Source of the DNA: Eledone cirrhosa
Taxonomy: Eukaryota
Length of the DNA: 64,000 nucleotides
Reading direction: 5' to 3'
Assembly: GCA_964016885.1 (NCBI GenBank)
Contig: OZ024748.1
Location: 51,150,001 to 51,214,000, forward strand
Numbering within the stretch: the stretch's first letter is position 1; every line of letters starts with the position of its first letter. A program made the position numbers and the translations under genes. This document shows positions 1-12,639 of the stretch, one piece after another. The notes beneath the pieces are model-generated. The model had not been told where the DNA came from and searched no databases. It saw only the letters and a list, made by a program, of their open reading frames with translations.

Positions 1-84
1 ACTTTTAAACATATATAGACATAAGCACCCCAAAAAAGTGAACATACATGCACACATATGTAGTTTATACATAAATATACATAT

Positions 85-705
85 ATACACACATATTTAT
101 CTTATACATAAATATACATGCATACGTACACATATATTTATCTTATACATATATATATATATACATGCATACCTACACACATTTTTACCTTATACATATA
201 TATATATACATGCATACATACACATATTTATCTTATACATATATATACATGCATATATACACACATTTTTATCTTATACATATTTATATATACATGCATG
301 CATACACATATATTTATCTTATACATATATATATATATATATACATGCATACATACACTCAATTTTATCTTATACATATTTATATATACATGCATGCATA
401 CACATATATTTATCTTATACATATATATATATATACATGCATACATACACACATTTTTATCTTATACATATATATACATGCATACATACACATATATTTA
501 TCTTATACATATATACATGCATACATACACACATTTTTATCTTATACATATATATACATGCATACATACACATATATTTATCGTATACATATATATATGT
601 ATATATATATACATGCATACATACACACATTTTTATCTTATACATACATATATATACATGCATGCATACATACATATTTATCTTATACATAAATATATAT
701 GCATA
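85..705. repeat. Minisatellite, ~40-45 bp unit (catgcatacatacacacatatttatcttatacatatatatata), ~15 copies
   Basis: The anchor tttatcttatacat recurs every ~40 bp; units differ in TA/CA run length. This explains the Y/I/H/T-rich ORFs at 38-865. Confidence 0.9.
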
Positions 706-1382
706 CATGTATCCAACCATACATCCAACCATCCATCCATCCATCCACCAATCCATACACACATACATACATACATACATACATACATACACATACACAC
801 ATATAATATTTACAATTTACTTCCATGAGTTGTTATACATTTATTTGTTCTTATCATTCGTATAATTCGAATCATTGATATCACTCCTATCATTGTCTTT
901 TTAGCCATTCACAAAACATTAGTTTGCGGTGCAAAAACAGCTCAGTTTTTTAGCGCTGGTGTTGGAGAATTTGAAACCCATAAAATATATACAATTCGAC
1001 AAATTTATTCAAGTGAAACACCAAACCTGAATATTTCTTAGTGTATAACAATAATGTTTTATTCATCAGTTAGTTATATAAGTCTTTTTACTTTGTTTTA
1101 TATTTTTTTAATGTTTCTTTGTTGTTCATTTTTTTCTATACAACAATTATTATATTTTATATTTATTTGTTTATAACTGACAGGGAATTTTTATTGCTGT
1201 TGTTGTTGGTGTTTTATTTTTTTGTTGGTGTTGGAGAAAAGTAAGATACATGAAGAAAATGGTATGCTTAGGTTTAGTTATAGTTTGGTTTGGTTTGGTT
1301 GTGTTTGGCTTGGCTTGGGTTTCGTTTGGATTATGTTTTGGATTCATTTTAACAATGTACAATTGAAATCCGTGAATCAGTA

Positions 1383-1686
<304 letters not shown>

Positions 1687-1740
1687 TATATATTTGAAGA
1701 GCCCGGAAAAATTTCCTTTGCTCATTATATTACAGGGAGT

Positions 1741-1907
1741 AGGTGAAGGATTGGCAGTATCGGTAGAGAGTTAGACGCCATGCTTTCCAGCATAGTTACA
1801 TCCCTTTACGGTCTGAGTTCAAATCCCTTCATCCTTACGGGGGTCGATAAAATAAAGAACCAGTAATGTACTGGGTATTTGCTGGCCTTCTGCCAAAAGT
1901 AGAAACA
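1741..1907 (+). mobile_element. tRNA-headed SINE family M (Meta-domain-like), with 17-bp TSD
   Basis: A-box-like tggcagtatcgg, B-box-like gagttcaaatccc, central ttcatccttacggggtcgataaaataaag, end ggccttctgccaaaagtagaaaca. TSD attatattacagggagt (1724-1740) / attatattacaaggagt (1908-1924). Confidence 0.85.
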
Positions 1908-1972
1908 ATTATATTACAAGGAGTCCTTTACTCTGTTGCTTCATTTGATATATATATATATAAATGTGTGTA

Positions 1973-2013
<41 letters not shown>

Positions 2014-2015
<2 letters not shown>

Positions 2016-2440
2016 CAGGGGGCAAAATTCCCGAGATCCAAGGATGAGTTCTCTCCAGCGGTCTCTGTCCCTCATTATCGCTGCCATGTCCTGCGTCTCC
2101 AACAGACCAGTGTCTGTCCTTAGGGCATCAGCATATGTTAACCTTGGTCTTCCTCTTCCAGTGTGTCCATGTAGGGGCTCCCACAGGAGCACTGAGTGCA
2201 ATGTCAACTCTGGATGCCGGTGAGCATGTCCAGCTAACCTCAGTCTCCTCTGTGTCACTTTTGAGCTGACTTTTGGGAGGCTCCCATACAGCTCTGAGAT
2301 TTTCATCCTCAGTGTATACTGATTAATGTTCAGAGCAATCCTCAGCATTCTCATGTAGCACCCATCCACCATCTGAGTGAGTCTCTTGGTCAGTATCCAA
2401 GTCTCAGACCCGTACAGCAGCACAGACGCCACTACAGCAA
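2014..2440 (-). mobile_element. 5'-truncated RTE-clade LINE, RT C-terminal region (family R1)
   Basis: Translation SVLLYGSETW...RRLRLAGHAHRH...LLWEP...RGRPRLTY...DRDRWR is a typical RTE ORF C-terminus; it runs into (TA)n. About 90% aa identical (12 differences in 119 aa, counted by eye) to the copy at 54314-54673. Confidence 0.9.
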
Positions 2441-2740
2441 TATATATATATATGTATATATATATAATAATAATGGTTTCTTTATATATATATAATAATC
2501 AAGACTAGCATGGGTTTCATTTCTAGTATTGGTTGCATCTCAGCGTACTTAATAGGTAATACTAAATAAACTCCCAGATTAGACACATAGTTATTTGCGT
2601 TAACACACGTAAATGGGTACCTTCAAATTATAGCTGAACTCGAGTTTTTACCACACTTAATGCAGCAATAGAGTGCACAGCATCTACCGTATGCATTAAT
2701 TATGCAACAATGCACAATTGGCACATGTGGCTTCATCAGT

Positions 2741-2789
<49 letters not shown>

Positions 2790-3128
2790 TATATATATAT
2801 ATATACACATACAGTATTTACGTATCGAGAAAGAGAAAAAAAGGGGAGGTTTGGTGATACATATAGTTATTTGCCAAGTAGCGTATGCCAAAGGTGCTCG
2901 ATACTAGTGCCGGCAGTATTAAATATTCGAAGTGTTAATATTTAGTGGGCTATACACATATATATACATATATATACATGTAAGAATATTTTCGAAACAG
3001 CGAGTGGGTTTGAAATTATTAGAAATGTAAGCTATCACTGTATTTTGACTAAAGAAATTAAAGAAATTATTTAGCCTGATAGTGAGGTTAAGAACCCTCG
3101 GAGAAATGGAAAAAGATGAGTATTGACG

Positions 3129-3188
<60 letters not shown>

Positions 3189-3189
3189 C

Positions 3190-3238
<49 letters not shown>

Positions 3239-3294
3239 CATATATATATACAAGCAGGGAAAAGCGGACGTAAAATGATGATGATGATGATGAT

Positions 3295-3334
<40 letters not shown>

Positions 3335-3338
<4 letters not shown>

Positions 3339-3745
3339 TGGTAAAAGGAAAAGAAAATGCTGACAAATTGTTTCCTGTGAAAAATAGTTTAATTAGGAAT
3401 AAGTATAAATTAGTAATAAGTATTGGTTAGTATTCAGTTTTGGTTTTAAGTTTTTACCGGTTGCGCATTTCTAATGCTTTTCAAAAATAATTTTGAGATA
3501 GAGCGCCCGTGATGTTTGCTCTAATCAGATTAGAGCAAACATCACGAGCGCTCTATCTCAAAATTATTTTTGAAAAGCATTAGAAATGCGCAACCGGTAA
3601 AAACTTAAAACCAAAACTGAATACTAACCCATACTTATTACTAATTTATACTTATTCCTAATTAAACTATTTTTCACAGGAAACAATTTGTCAGCATTTT
3701 CTTTTCCTTTTACCAATATATCACAACTTGTGTGTTACACCTCTA
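3335..3745. mobile_element. Foldback palindrome family A, copy 1 (192-bp arms, 1-nt loop at 3527, one-sided 3' tail); putative Penelope-like inverted pLTR
   Basis: 3335-3526 is the near-perfect reverse complement of 3528-3719. The unpaired tail cacaacttgtgtgttacacct is shared with the copy at 61638-62006. Confidence 0.75.
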
Positions 3746-4094
3746 TTCTTTTAAATATATATATATATATATATATATATACCAAGGGTGGTGCCCCAAG
3801 ATGGCCTCATCTAAATGGCTGGAACAGGTAAAAGATATATATATATATATATATATGTGTGTGTATAATTTTATTAAGGTCAAATCACCATCCTATTAGA
3901 TTTGAGTTTCAAAAGTATGCTAACTGGGTCATCAATCAGTCATTGCTGATGAATGACCCAGTAAACAGATGAAACTCCAGATTAACAAGATACTATCTCA
4001 ACCTTAATATTATTAATCTCGTATTGCTTAATTATTCTCATGACCATCAATACTATATACATATATATATATATAAGCAAAAGGAATATTTAAT

Positions 4095-4265
4095 TTATCC
4101 AGGAAAAACTTGAACCGATAAGATCTCCTTCCTGGATATGTCAATATTTATAAAACAAACTTTGTATTTTATCTGATGAGAGCGTACCAAAACTTTGGTA
4201 ACATTGAAATATATATAATAGAATAAATATGGTTTTATAAAAAGAGTTTCCATTTATTAATATCA
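4095..4265 (+). mobile_element. Single-arm relative of palindrome family B with degenerate hammerhead-like core
   Basis: tatgtcaatattt...ttttatCTGATGA...GAAAtatatataat..aataaatatggttttataaa..gtttccattt.ttaata is homologous to 47249-47389. A short inverted atccaggaa/ttcctggat lies just upstream. Confidence 0.55.
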
Positions 4266-5668
4266 TTTATATATATATATATTATATATATATTTGCATA
4301 TATATTTACCATTTGCCTATATCATTTCCTGATGAGGATGAAATCTATTCTCAACACCACCACACCACCACACAAATATATTCCTAACTGTTGTCCCCTT
4401 ATAAAGTGGCTGGTGATTGTAAATAGTGTATCATACTTTTTTTCTTTTATGCACCTTTTTCATATTATAAATTTATACACGACTATTGTTAAGAAACAAA
4501 AGAAGGTTTCCTAGCAGTTACCCACTACATCTTATATGGGGACTACATTATTTAATATGTCTTAATATTTTTGGAAGAGTGGGATGTGATTTGATTTGAT
4601 GGTAATTTGATTGTCTTCAAAATTATTTGAAAAGCATAGAGTGTCTTTCATAAGAAATATAATAATGAAAGGGTTAAGCATAGTTTAGAAAATAGAAAAG
4701 AAAGATGAACTGTATAACCTGACAATCTAAAAGTTTAGCAAGAATTCGATTCAGACAAGAATGCAGTTGTGTGTATTCAATGCTTGTCTAGTATTGCATC
4801 TGATAATAAACTTAAACATTCTCTTGCTCTCCACAGCCATAGCTTTGCTTCGTACACTATTATTAACAGAACCATCTTTATATATATGCAAATGACAACA
4901 ACAATAACAAATAAAACTGATAAATAAGGGAATAACATCTACAAGAACAGCAAGACATATGTCTGATATGAGTATCTGTAGAAATGATGATGCTAAAAAC
5001 AACGATACTGACAACAAACCTATCAATAACTCCCTTTGTCACAAACACAATAGTGATGACAAAATAAGGCAAATTAAGACAAATTACTAGAAAATGATAA
5101 AGGTAATTACTATGACAAACTTAGGTTAACAATTACAACATCAACATCAACACTGACATACAATGAAGATGATGATGATGGTGATGATTCTAATATCATC
5201 ATTAACATCATGATCATCATTATCATCAACATCAACAGACATACAATAAAGATGATGACGATGATCACATCATCATTATAATCATCATCATCATTATAAT
5301 CATCATCATCATCAGCAGCAGCAGCAGCAATACTAGCAATAGCAGCATCATTAGAGTAGGTCAAATATTATCACCAACTAATAGAAATATAGACATTGAA
5401 ATTTATCATCATCATAATTACAATCAACATTACTACCACCATTGATACTAATGAAGTAATTGTGAATGTAACATTATTTGTCTAGTTAGTGATGGCACTA
5501 ACACAGGGTGGTTTCGAATAAAGGCATATATGGACCAACATACACAATATGTTTATGTACAATATAATCTTGCTGTGAGTATTTTCAGCTTTGATCCTAT
5601 CACATCTAACTCAGCACCCATTTATAAATGTAAATATATTCCACATTTTTATCCAACTTCAGAAATAC

Positions 5669-6044
5669 TTAACACTTTAGCATTTAAACCGGCTATATCC
5701 AGCCATAAATTTCTCACCTCTTTCTGTTCAAACTGGCCATAACCAAGCTGCTCATACTTTTGTTAAGGTATTGTTCTCAAAATAAATAATATCAAAATCT
5801 CGTAGATTTGATATTAAGTGAGATAATTATGTGAAATAAAGTGATTACCATGAAAATACAATAGTAAATATAGAGTAATCATCATCATCATCATTTTATG
5901 TCCGCTTTTCCCTGCTTGCAAGGGTTGGATGGGTCCTATTCAGCACATCATCTCTCCACTTGTCACGGACCTTCGTCATCTCCTCGGTGAGTTTCAGCTA
6001 TCTGAGGTCTGCTCTCACCACCGCCGCACATGCTAAAGAGTTAA
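5669..6044. mobile_element. piggyBac-type MITE (TTAA-flanked) interrupted by an RTE 3' fragment
   Basis: ttaa-cactttagcattta ... tgctaaagag-ttaa; interior matches copies at 6305, 41428 and 48149. The RTE fragment at 5880-6029 splits the terminal gagtaatc|..atgctaaag. Confidence 0.8.
5880..6029 (-). mobile_element. RTE LINE 3' end (family R2) with (GAT)n tail
   Basis: Reverse strand encodes VVRADLR..KLTEEMTKVRDKWRDDVLNRTHPTLQAGK.. followed by (GAT)n; homologous to 47728-47890. Confidence 0.8.
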
Positions 6045-6136
6045 GCATTACAAGATACTGTGGTAAAGAAGACAATAACTTCTTATATAGAGATTTTGTA
6101 AGCAAATTATTTTTGTTGAATGTATATTTATATATG

Positions 6137-6300
6137 GAGGTATGTGGCCTAGTGGTAAGTGTGTTGGACTTACAATCATAATGTTATGGGTTCGATTCCT
6201 AGGCTGGGTTGTGTGTTGTGTTCTCGAGTAAAACACTTCATTTCACGTTACTCCAGTATCTTCAGATAAAAATAAGTACCAGCAGAAGCTGGGGGTGATG
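6137..6300 (+). mobile_element. Diverged CORE-type SINE
   Basis: tggcctagtggtaagtgtgttggac...ggttcgattcc head, then gtgttgtgttctcgagtaaaacacttcatttcacgttactccag CORE-like segment. Confidence 0.7.
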
Positions 6301-6304
6301 ATGG

Positions 6305-6801
6305 TTAAACCTTTAGCATTTAAACTGGACATATCTGGCCAGAATTCTCTCACCTATGTCTGTTCTGACCGACCTTAATGACCGTTAGATTATTGTTGTT
6401 AAAATAAATAACATCAAAATCTTGTAGATTCGATATTATGTGAGATAGTTATATAAGACACAAAGCCTTTAACACAAAAATACAATAGTATATATCACCT
6501 TGATCACCCTTGACCGACCAGTCTGTCGAGCACCAATCGGCGCCGCTGGTCACAGCATGCCGTGCTGTTTTAGCCATAAGATAACGCCATCCCACTGGCT
6601 GGGTGGGCAGGTCGGTACTCATTTCTACAGCTGAGTAAACTGGAGCAACGTGAAATAAAGTGTCTTGTTCAAGGAAACAACACATCACCCAGTCCGAGAA
6701 TTGAACTCACAACCTTTCGATTGCAAGCCCAATGCTTGAACCACTAAGCCATGTGCCTTCACAATAGTATATATAGAGTAATGTAAATACTAAAGGGTTA
6801 A
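6305..6801. mobile_element. piggyBac-type MITE interrupted by a CORE-SINE
   Basis: ttaa-acctttagcatttaaac ... taaatactaaaggg-ttaa; same family as 5669-6044. Confidence 0.8.
6496..6760 (-). mobile_element. Full-length CORE-SINE with an alternative 3' tail, 14-bp TSD
   Basis: TSD acaatagtatatat at 6482-6495 and 6761-6774. tRNA-like head plus ccttgaacaagacactttatttcacgttgctccagtttactcagctgtagaaatgag (MIR-CORE-like). Tail ends ggtcaagggtgatcaaggtg and is unlike the RTE-type tail. Confidence 0.85.
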
Positions 6802-7220
6802 TAATGGTGCTGATAGTGGTGGCAGTGATGGTGTTTGGTGGAAGAGTGTTGTGTATTGTTATTGGTGGTGGTGGTAGCTGTAGTGTTGTTAGGTTGTTGA
6901 TGGTTGTGGTGTTGTTAGGTGGTAGAATTGGGGTGTTGTTGTGGTTGTCGTTGTTGATGGAAGTAATAGAGGTAGTAGTTGTGGTTGTGGTGGTGATGGT
7001 GGTGGTGGTCATCATGATTATGGTGATAATGTGGATGATGAATGAATGTGGTGGTGATGGATATGGGGTGCTGCTGTGGTTCTCATTGTTGTTGGGGGTG
7101 ATGGTAGCGATGGTAGCAATGAAGGTGGTCATGATAATGATCATGATCATCATTATGTTGATGTAGATGATGAATGGATAGGGTGATGGTGATGGTATTT
7201 GGTGCATATATTGTGTAGGG

Positions 7221-7716
7221 CACTCATGGGTGACCTGCGGCCCGCGAGGCTTTATGAAGGGCTCGCCTAAGTAAACTAAGTAAAATCTTTCTGGTTCCCC
7301 CCCAACTTTTCAGTCATAATCTATCTTTCTATCATTTTTACGATCGAGGAGAACAACGTGTATGAATTCTGAAGAAACAAATCAAAACAACCTGAGTTAC
7401 TGCCCCTATTTTAATGTGGACACGAATGTAAATTAGTGCTTGAGGCTTGAGGCCCACTTGAGGCCCGCTTGAGGCCCACTTGAGGCTTGAGGCCCGCTTG
7501 AGGCTTGAAGCCCGCTTGAGGCTTGAAGCCCGCTTGAGGCTTGAAGCCCGCTTGAGGGTTGAGGCCCGCTTGAGGCTTGAAGCCCGCTTGAGGGTTGAGG
7601 CCCGCTTGAGGGTTGAGGCCCGCTTGAGGCTTGAGGCCCGCTTGAGGCTTGAGGGCCGCCTGATGATGAGTCATATCTCATGCGGCCCGCTTCTCGAAAA
7701 AGGTTGCCCATGTCGG
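7221..7716. mobile_element. hAT-type MITE with perfect 8-bp TSD, carrying an internal 18-bp minisatellite
   Basis: TSD gtgtaggg at 7213-7220 and 7717-7724; imperfect TIRs cactcatgggtgacct / aggttgcccatgtcgg; subterminal tgcggcccgc motifs. Confidence 0.85.
7438..7655. repeat. GC-rich 18-bp minisatellite (gcttgaggcttgaggccc)n, ~12 copies
   Basis: Direct inspection; it generates the spurious PQAGLK/RLEARL ORFs. Confidence 0.9.
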
Positions 7717-8849
7717 GTGTAGGGTGTTGCTGTGGTTGTTGTTGTTGTTGTTGGTAGTGATGGTAGCAATGATGGCGGTCATGATAATGCTGATGATGAT
7801 GATGATCATCATCATGCTGATGTAGATGATGAATGGATAGGGTGGTGGTGGTGATGGTGTTTGGTGCTTATATTGCGTAGGGTGTTGTTGTTGTTGGTAG
7901 TGATGGTAGCAGTGATGGTGGTCATGAGAATGCTGATGATGATGATGATCATCATCATCATGTAGATCACGAATGGATGCGGTGGTGGTGTGGTGGTGGT
8001 GTTTGGTGCTTATGTTGTGTAGGGTGTTGTTGTGATTGTCGTTGTTGTTCAGGGTGATGGTAGTGATGGTAGCAGTGATGGTGGTCATGATAATGATGAT
8101 GATGATGATGATGATGTAGATAACGAATGGATGGAGTTGTGGTGATGGTCTTTGGTGCTTATGTTGTGTAGGGTGTTGTGGTTGTTGTTGTTGGTAGTGG
8201 TGGTGATAGTGGTCATGGTGTTGATGATAAATGAATATGGTGGTTGGGCTGGTGGTGATGGTGACGATGAGAGTGAAACAGAAATAGCAAGATGCAGCTA
8301 TGAATACAGAGCGAAGAAAGCCAAAATAAAAGGAATAAAAACCTGAGCCAGCAAATAAATGAAATAAAATTTCCAAATTTATCATTATCAGTTCAACTCC
8401 ATATTTACCATTTTCTCATATATATTTGGTTAGGCATTAATTTACTTTTATTTTGAAGATTTCGAATTAATTCTGTACTCCAGAACTTAATGTCATGGAG
8501 CTATGAAACAACAACAATAACAAACAGCAACAACAAAGAAACAAAACACGTTCAAAATAAAAAGAAAAATAGCAACACAACAACAAAAAACAATATCAAC
8601 AAAATTATGCCAACAAAAATTAAATCTACAACAACAATAACAATTACAAAACAAAAATATCAACAAAAACAACAAGAAAATCAAAGAAATACAGTAACAA
8701 AATTAAAATAACTACAACAACAAATTCAACAAACAAGATAAAAAAAATTACACAACTAAAGAAGGATGTTAAAAAAATCCGTACTGCCAGAGTGGAACAG
8801 AAGTAGAGGAACAGTTTTTTTTCAGTGTAAAAAATGTTCTTTAATTCAT

Positions 8850-8885
<36 letters not shown>

Positions 8886-9325
8886 ATAATATATATATAG
8901 ATATATATATGTTTATATATGTTTATATATGTTTATATATGTTTATATATGTTTATATAAGTTTATATATATATATGTGTGTTTATATATGTTTATATAT
9001 GTTTATATGTTTATATAAGTTTATATATATATATGTGTGTTTATATATGTTTATATGTTTATATAAGTTTATATATATATATGTGTGTTTATATATGTTT
9101 ATATATGTTTATATGTTTATATAAGTTTATATATATATATGTGTGTGTTTATATATGTTTATATGTTTATATAAGTTTATATATATATATGTGTGTTTAT
9201 ATATGTTTATATATATATATATGTGTGCGTTTATATATGTTTATATATATATATGTGTGTGTGTGTTTATATATGTTTATATATATATAACATAATAATA
9301 TATATATAATGTACATATATATAAC

Positions 9326-9356
<31 letters not shown>

Positions 9357-9476
9357 CACACACATATAATTATATATATAAATATATATTACATACAATA
9401 TATAGAATACATATGAATATTACATGTGATGGGAAATACGTATATCATATGTAAATATATATCTGTTGAATGAATA

Positions 9477-9515
<39 letters not shown>

Positions 9516-9563
9516 ACACAGCTAAAGTGCACACATGAACATAAACACGAGACTCATACTAAA

Positions 9564-9602
<39 letters not shown>

Positions 9603-10089
9603 TATATATATATATATATATAATTTTCTTCAAAATCATGCTATTCTTGTAGAAACAATTGATAGATGTCAGTGATATCCTGATTAATATTCTATAGAGT
9701 TTAGTGGAATTTTCTAAATATTTTTTTTATCTGCATTGCCCAGATAGAAATAAAAATTATAAGAGAAGAAAAAAATCAGGCATAAAACAAAAAAGGAAAA
9801 ATATATTGAAGAAAAAAATACTTAAAGAACGTAGAGTATAGGAAAAATATTATTGACAATTTTGGAAAAATAAAAATGGTAATTGCAGGAAGCTCAGATC
9901 TATATATATAAAATGGTATTGATATGTTGATGAATACATATATATATATATATGTGTGGGTGTGAGTGTGTGTATATATATACGTACATATGGTCCCCAC
10001 GTACCATAATGTAGAAAATTTTTTATATATGTATATATATGTGTGTATATATATATATATATGTGTATATATATATGTGTGTGCATATA

Positions 10090-10152
<63 letters not shown>

Positions 10153-10155
10153 GTG

Positions 10156-10210
<55 letters not shown>

Positions 10211-10213
10211 GTG

Positions 10214-10249
<36 letters not shown>

Positions 10250-10282
10250 TATATATGTATGTATATATATATATATACATAC

Positions 10283-10331
<49 letters not shown>

Positions 10332-10374
10332 TAAATATATACATATATACATATATAAATATATACATATATAC

Positions 10375-10419
<45 letters not shown>

Positions 10420-10457
10420 TAAATATATACATATATATATATATGTATATATATATA

Positions 10458-10505
<48 letters not shown>
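8850..10505. repeat. Compound (TA)n/(TATGTT)n/(CA)n microsatellite region
   Basis: Long dinucleotide tracts; 8910-9285 has a ~35-45 bp higher-order unit containing tataagtttatata. Confidence 0.85.
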
Positions 10506-10514
<9 letters not shown>

Positions 10515-10803
10515 TAGCTACATTAGGTAAATGTGTGAAAGTATGCAGTTATGTGAAAATAATTACACATGCAGAGATGAACACAGTAACACAGACAGAT
10601 CTATCTACCTATATAATATGTGTGAGTGTGTGTGTGTGTTTGTGTGTGTGTATATATATATGTGTATGCCTTTGTGTATCGATGTGTAGACTTTTCTAGA
10701 TATAATTATATTCAGTTCATATATATCTAGATAGCTATATAGATAGATAGATATAAGAATATCTATATATATTTATATATATATATGTATAAATATATGC
10801 ATG

Positions 10804-10855
<52 letters not shown>

Positions 10856-11351
10856 TGTATATGTAGATAAATACTTAGATAGATAAATATATGCACACTG
10901 ATTTTAGAATGAATTAATGTCAATATAGTGTATATATTCATAGATTTATCACATGTGCATACATGAGTATGCATGTCTGTGTGTATATATACGTGTGCAG
11001 AAATGTATGTGTGTATATATGATCATATGAGGTTTATGTGTGATACACAGTTTTTTCCCCAAAAAACTCACTCAGACAGTCACACACCAACATACGACAA
11101 ACTCATGGAAAAATAACAAACATTTCCTATACCTTTTACACACACTACTAAATTATAAATAGACACATACACACAATATACACACAGGCCTACACACAAA
11201 TATACACATAACTTCATATATATTTGTCTGCACAGTATTTGATCACTTCCTAATTTTTTCCTCCTTTCTGTAGCAACCAATTTTAGAATTATGAAGATGT
11301 ATATTAAAAAATATATGCACACACATCCTCTCCCATATTCTCTCCCACAGT

Positions 11352-11384
<33 letters not shown>

Positions 11385-11916
11385 ATATATGCATATGTTG
11401 GTGTAGGTGAATGTGCGTGTTCATGTGCACTGTCATGTGGGGTTTGTGCATTTATATGCATGCATATAGAAAGCGACAAATAAATATATATATATATAGA
11501 TATATATTTATACACACATATTTATATGTATGTGTATATATATATATATATATATATAAATATATATAAATATATATATATATATGCATGTACCTGTGTG
11601 TGTATATGTGATTGTGTATATACAATATATATAGTGTAATAGAAGGAGAATTAATATTACCTACAATACTAAAAGCAAATTATGCCAGAACAGAAACCAT
11701 TATTTTCAACAAATTAGCAAATACAATATGAATGCATATGATATGAAAAGTTACAAATATGCACTTATATGCATTAATATTTACACACGATCATCACATA
11801 TATGTATTTGTTGAGACATAACTATTACTACACTCTACACTAGACATATACAATTTCATACATACATCAGCTCACATATATTACGGTTGATGGCATATTT
11901 AATCACTTTCTATCTT

Positions 11917-11959
<43 letters not shown>

Positions 11960-12217
11960 CACACATATTTATGTGTATATATAGATAAATAAATATATAC
12001 ATATACATACAACTATATATATATATATATCTCCAGGGAGTGTAACATGAAGTTATTAGAGTGTAACATTTTGTCATTACTACAGCAGATATCCGACGAA
12101 CTTTTGATTCCGGAGTCGGGCTGGATTGATTCAGATCGAACCTTGAGCTGATCAATAGTGAAACGTACATCACCGATTAATATACACAATGAAGGCTTAA
12201 CAAATCGTCCTTGTATT

Positions 12218-12390
12218 ATTGGCAGTATTGGTAGAGGGTCAGACATGCTTTCCAGCGTAGTTACGTCTCTTTACGATCCCTTTCAAATCCGCCGAGGTTA
12301 ACTTTGCCTTTTATCCTTACGGGGTTGATAAAATAAAGTACCAGTAATGTACTGGGTAATTGCTGGCCTTGTGCCAAAAGTAGAAACAAT
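12218..12390 (+). mobile_element. SINE family M copy
   Basis: ttggcagtattggtagagggtcagac ... ggccttgtgccaaaagtagaaaca followed by attatt. Confidence 0.85.
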
Positions 12391-12639
12391 TATTATATTA
12401 TATATATATACACACACATATATACTGATGTGTAGAATCCCAACTGCGGCACATCAGTTGTGATTTCACACATCTCTATACTCACTCTACATCTCCCCAT
12501 GTATCAAGTACTCCCATGTTTAGTGGTATCCTCAGTCTCAGCACCACAGACTTTATTTATATATATATACATAACATATATATAAATACATAACATATAT
12601 ATATATACATAACATATATATATATACATAACATATGCT

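Larger units (their letters stand above)
7035..8240. repeat. Degenerate ~135-150 bp G/T-rich tandem repeat built from (GGT/GAT/GTT)n, interrupted by a hAT MITE
   Basis: The anchors gaatggat, tttggtgcttat.ttg.gtagggtgttg and ggtcatgataatg recur about 5 times. Confidence 0.7.

Noticed and set aside
38-865. Long Y/I/H/T-rich ORFs (also around 9776-10699, 17434-18154, 23239-24237, 31543-32419, 46390-47083)
   Set aside because: Translations of TA/CA/TG microsatellites that lack stop codons by composition; open in several frames and on both strands.
4329-4350. CTGATGAggatGAAA hammerhead-like match (also CTGATGA at 43549)
   Set aside because: No viable stem II or stem I at 4329; GAAA absent at 43549. 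Expected by chance in (GAT)-rich DNA.
7411-7722. Repetitive PQAGLK/RLEARL peptide ORFs or a CRISPR-like array
   Set aside because: Contiguous 18-bp minisatellite without unique spacers, inside a MITE; eukaryotic context and no cas genes.
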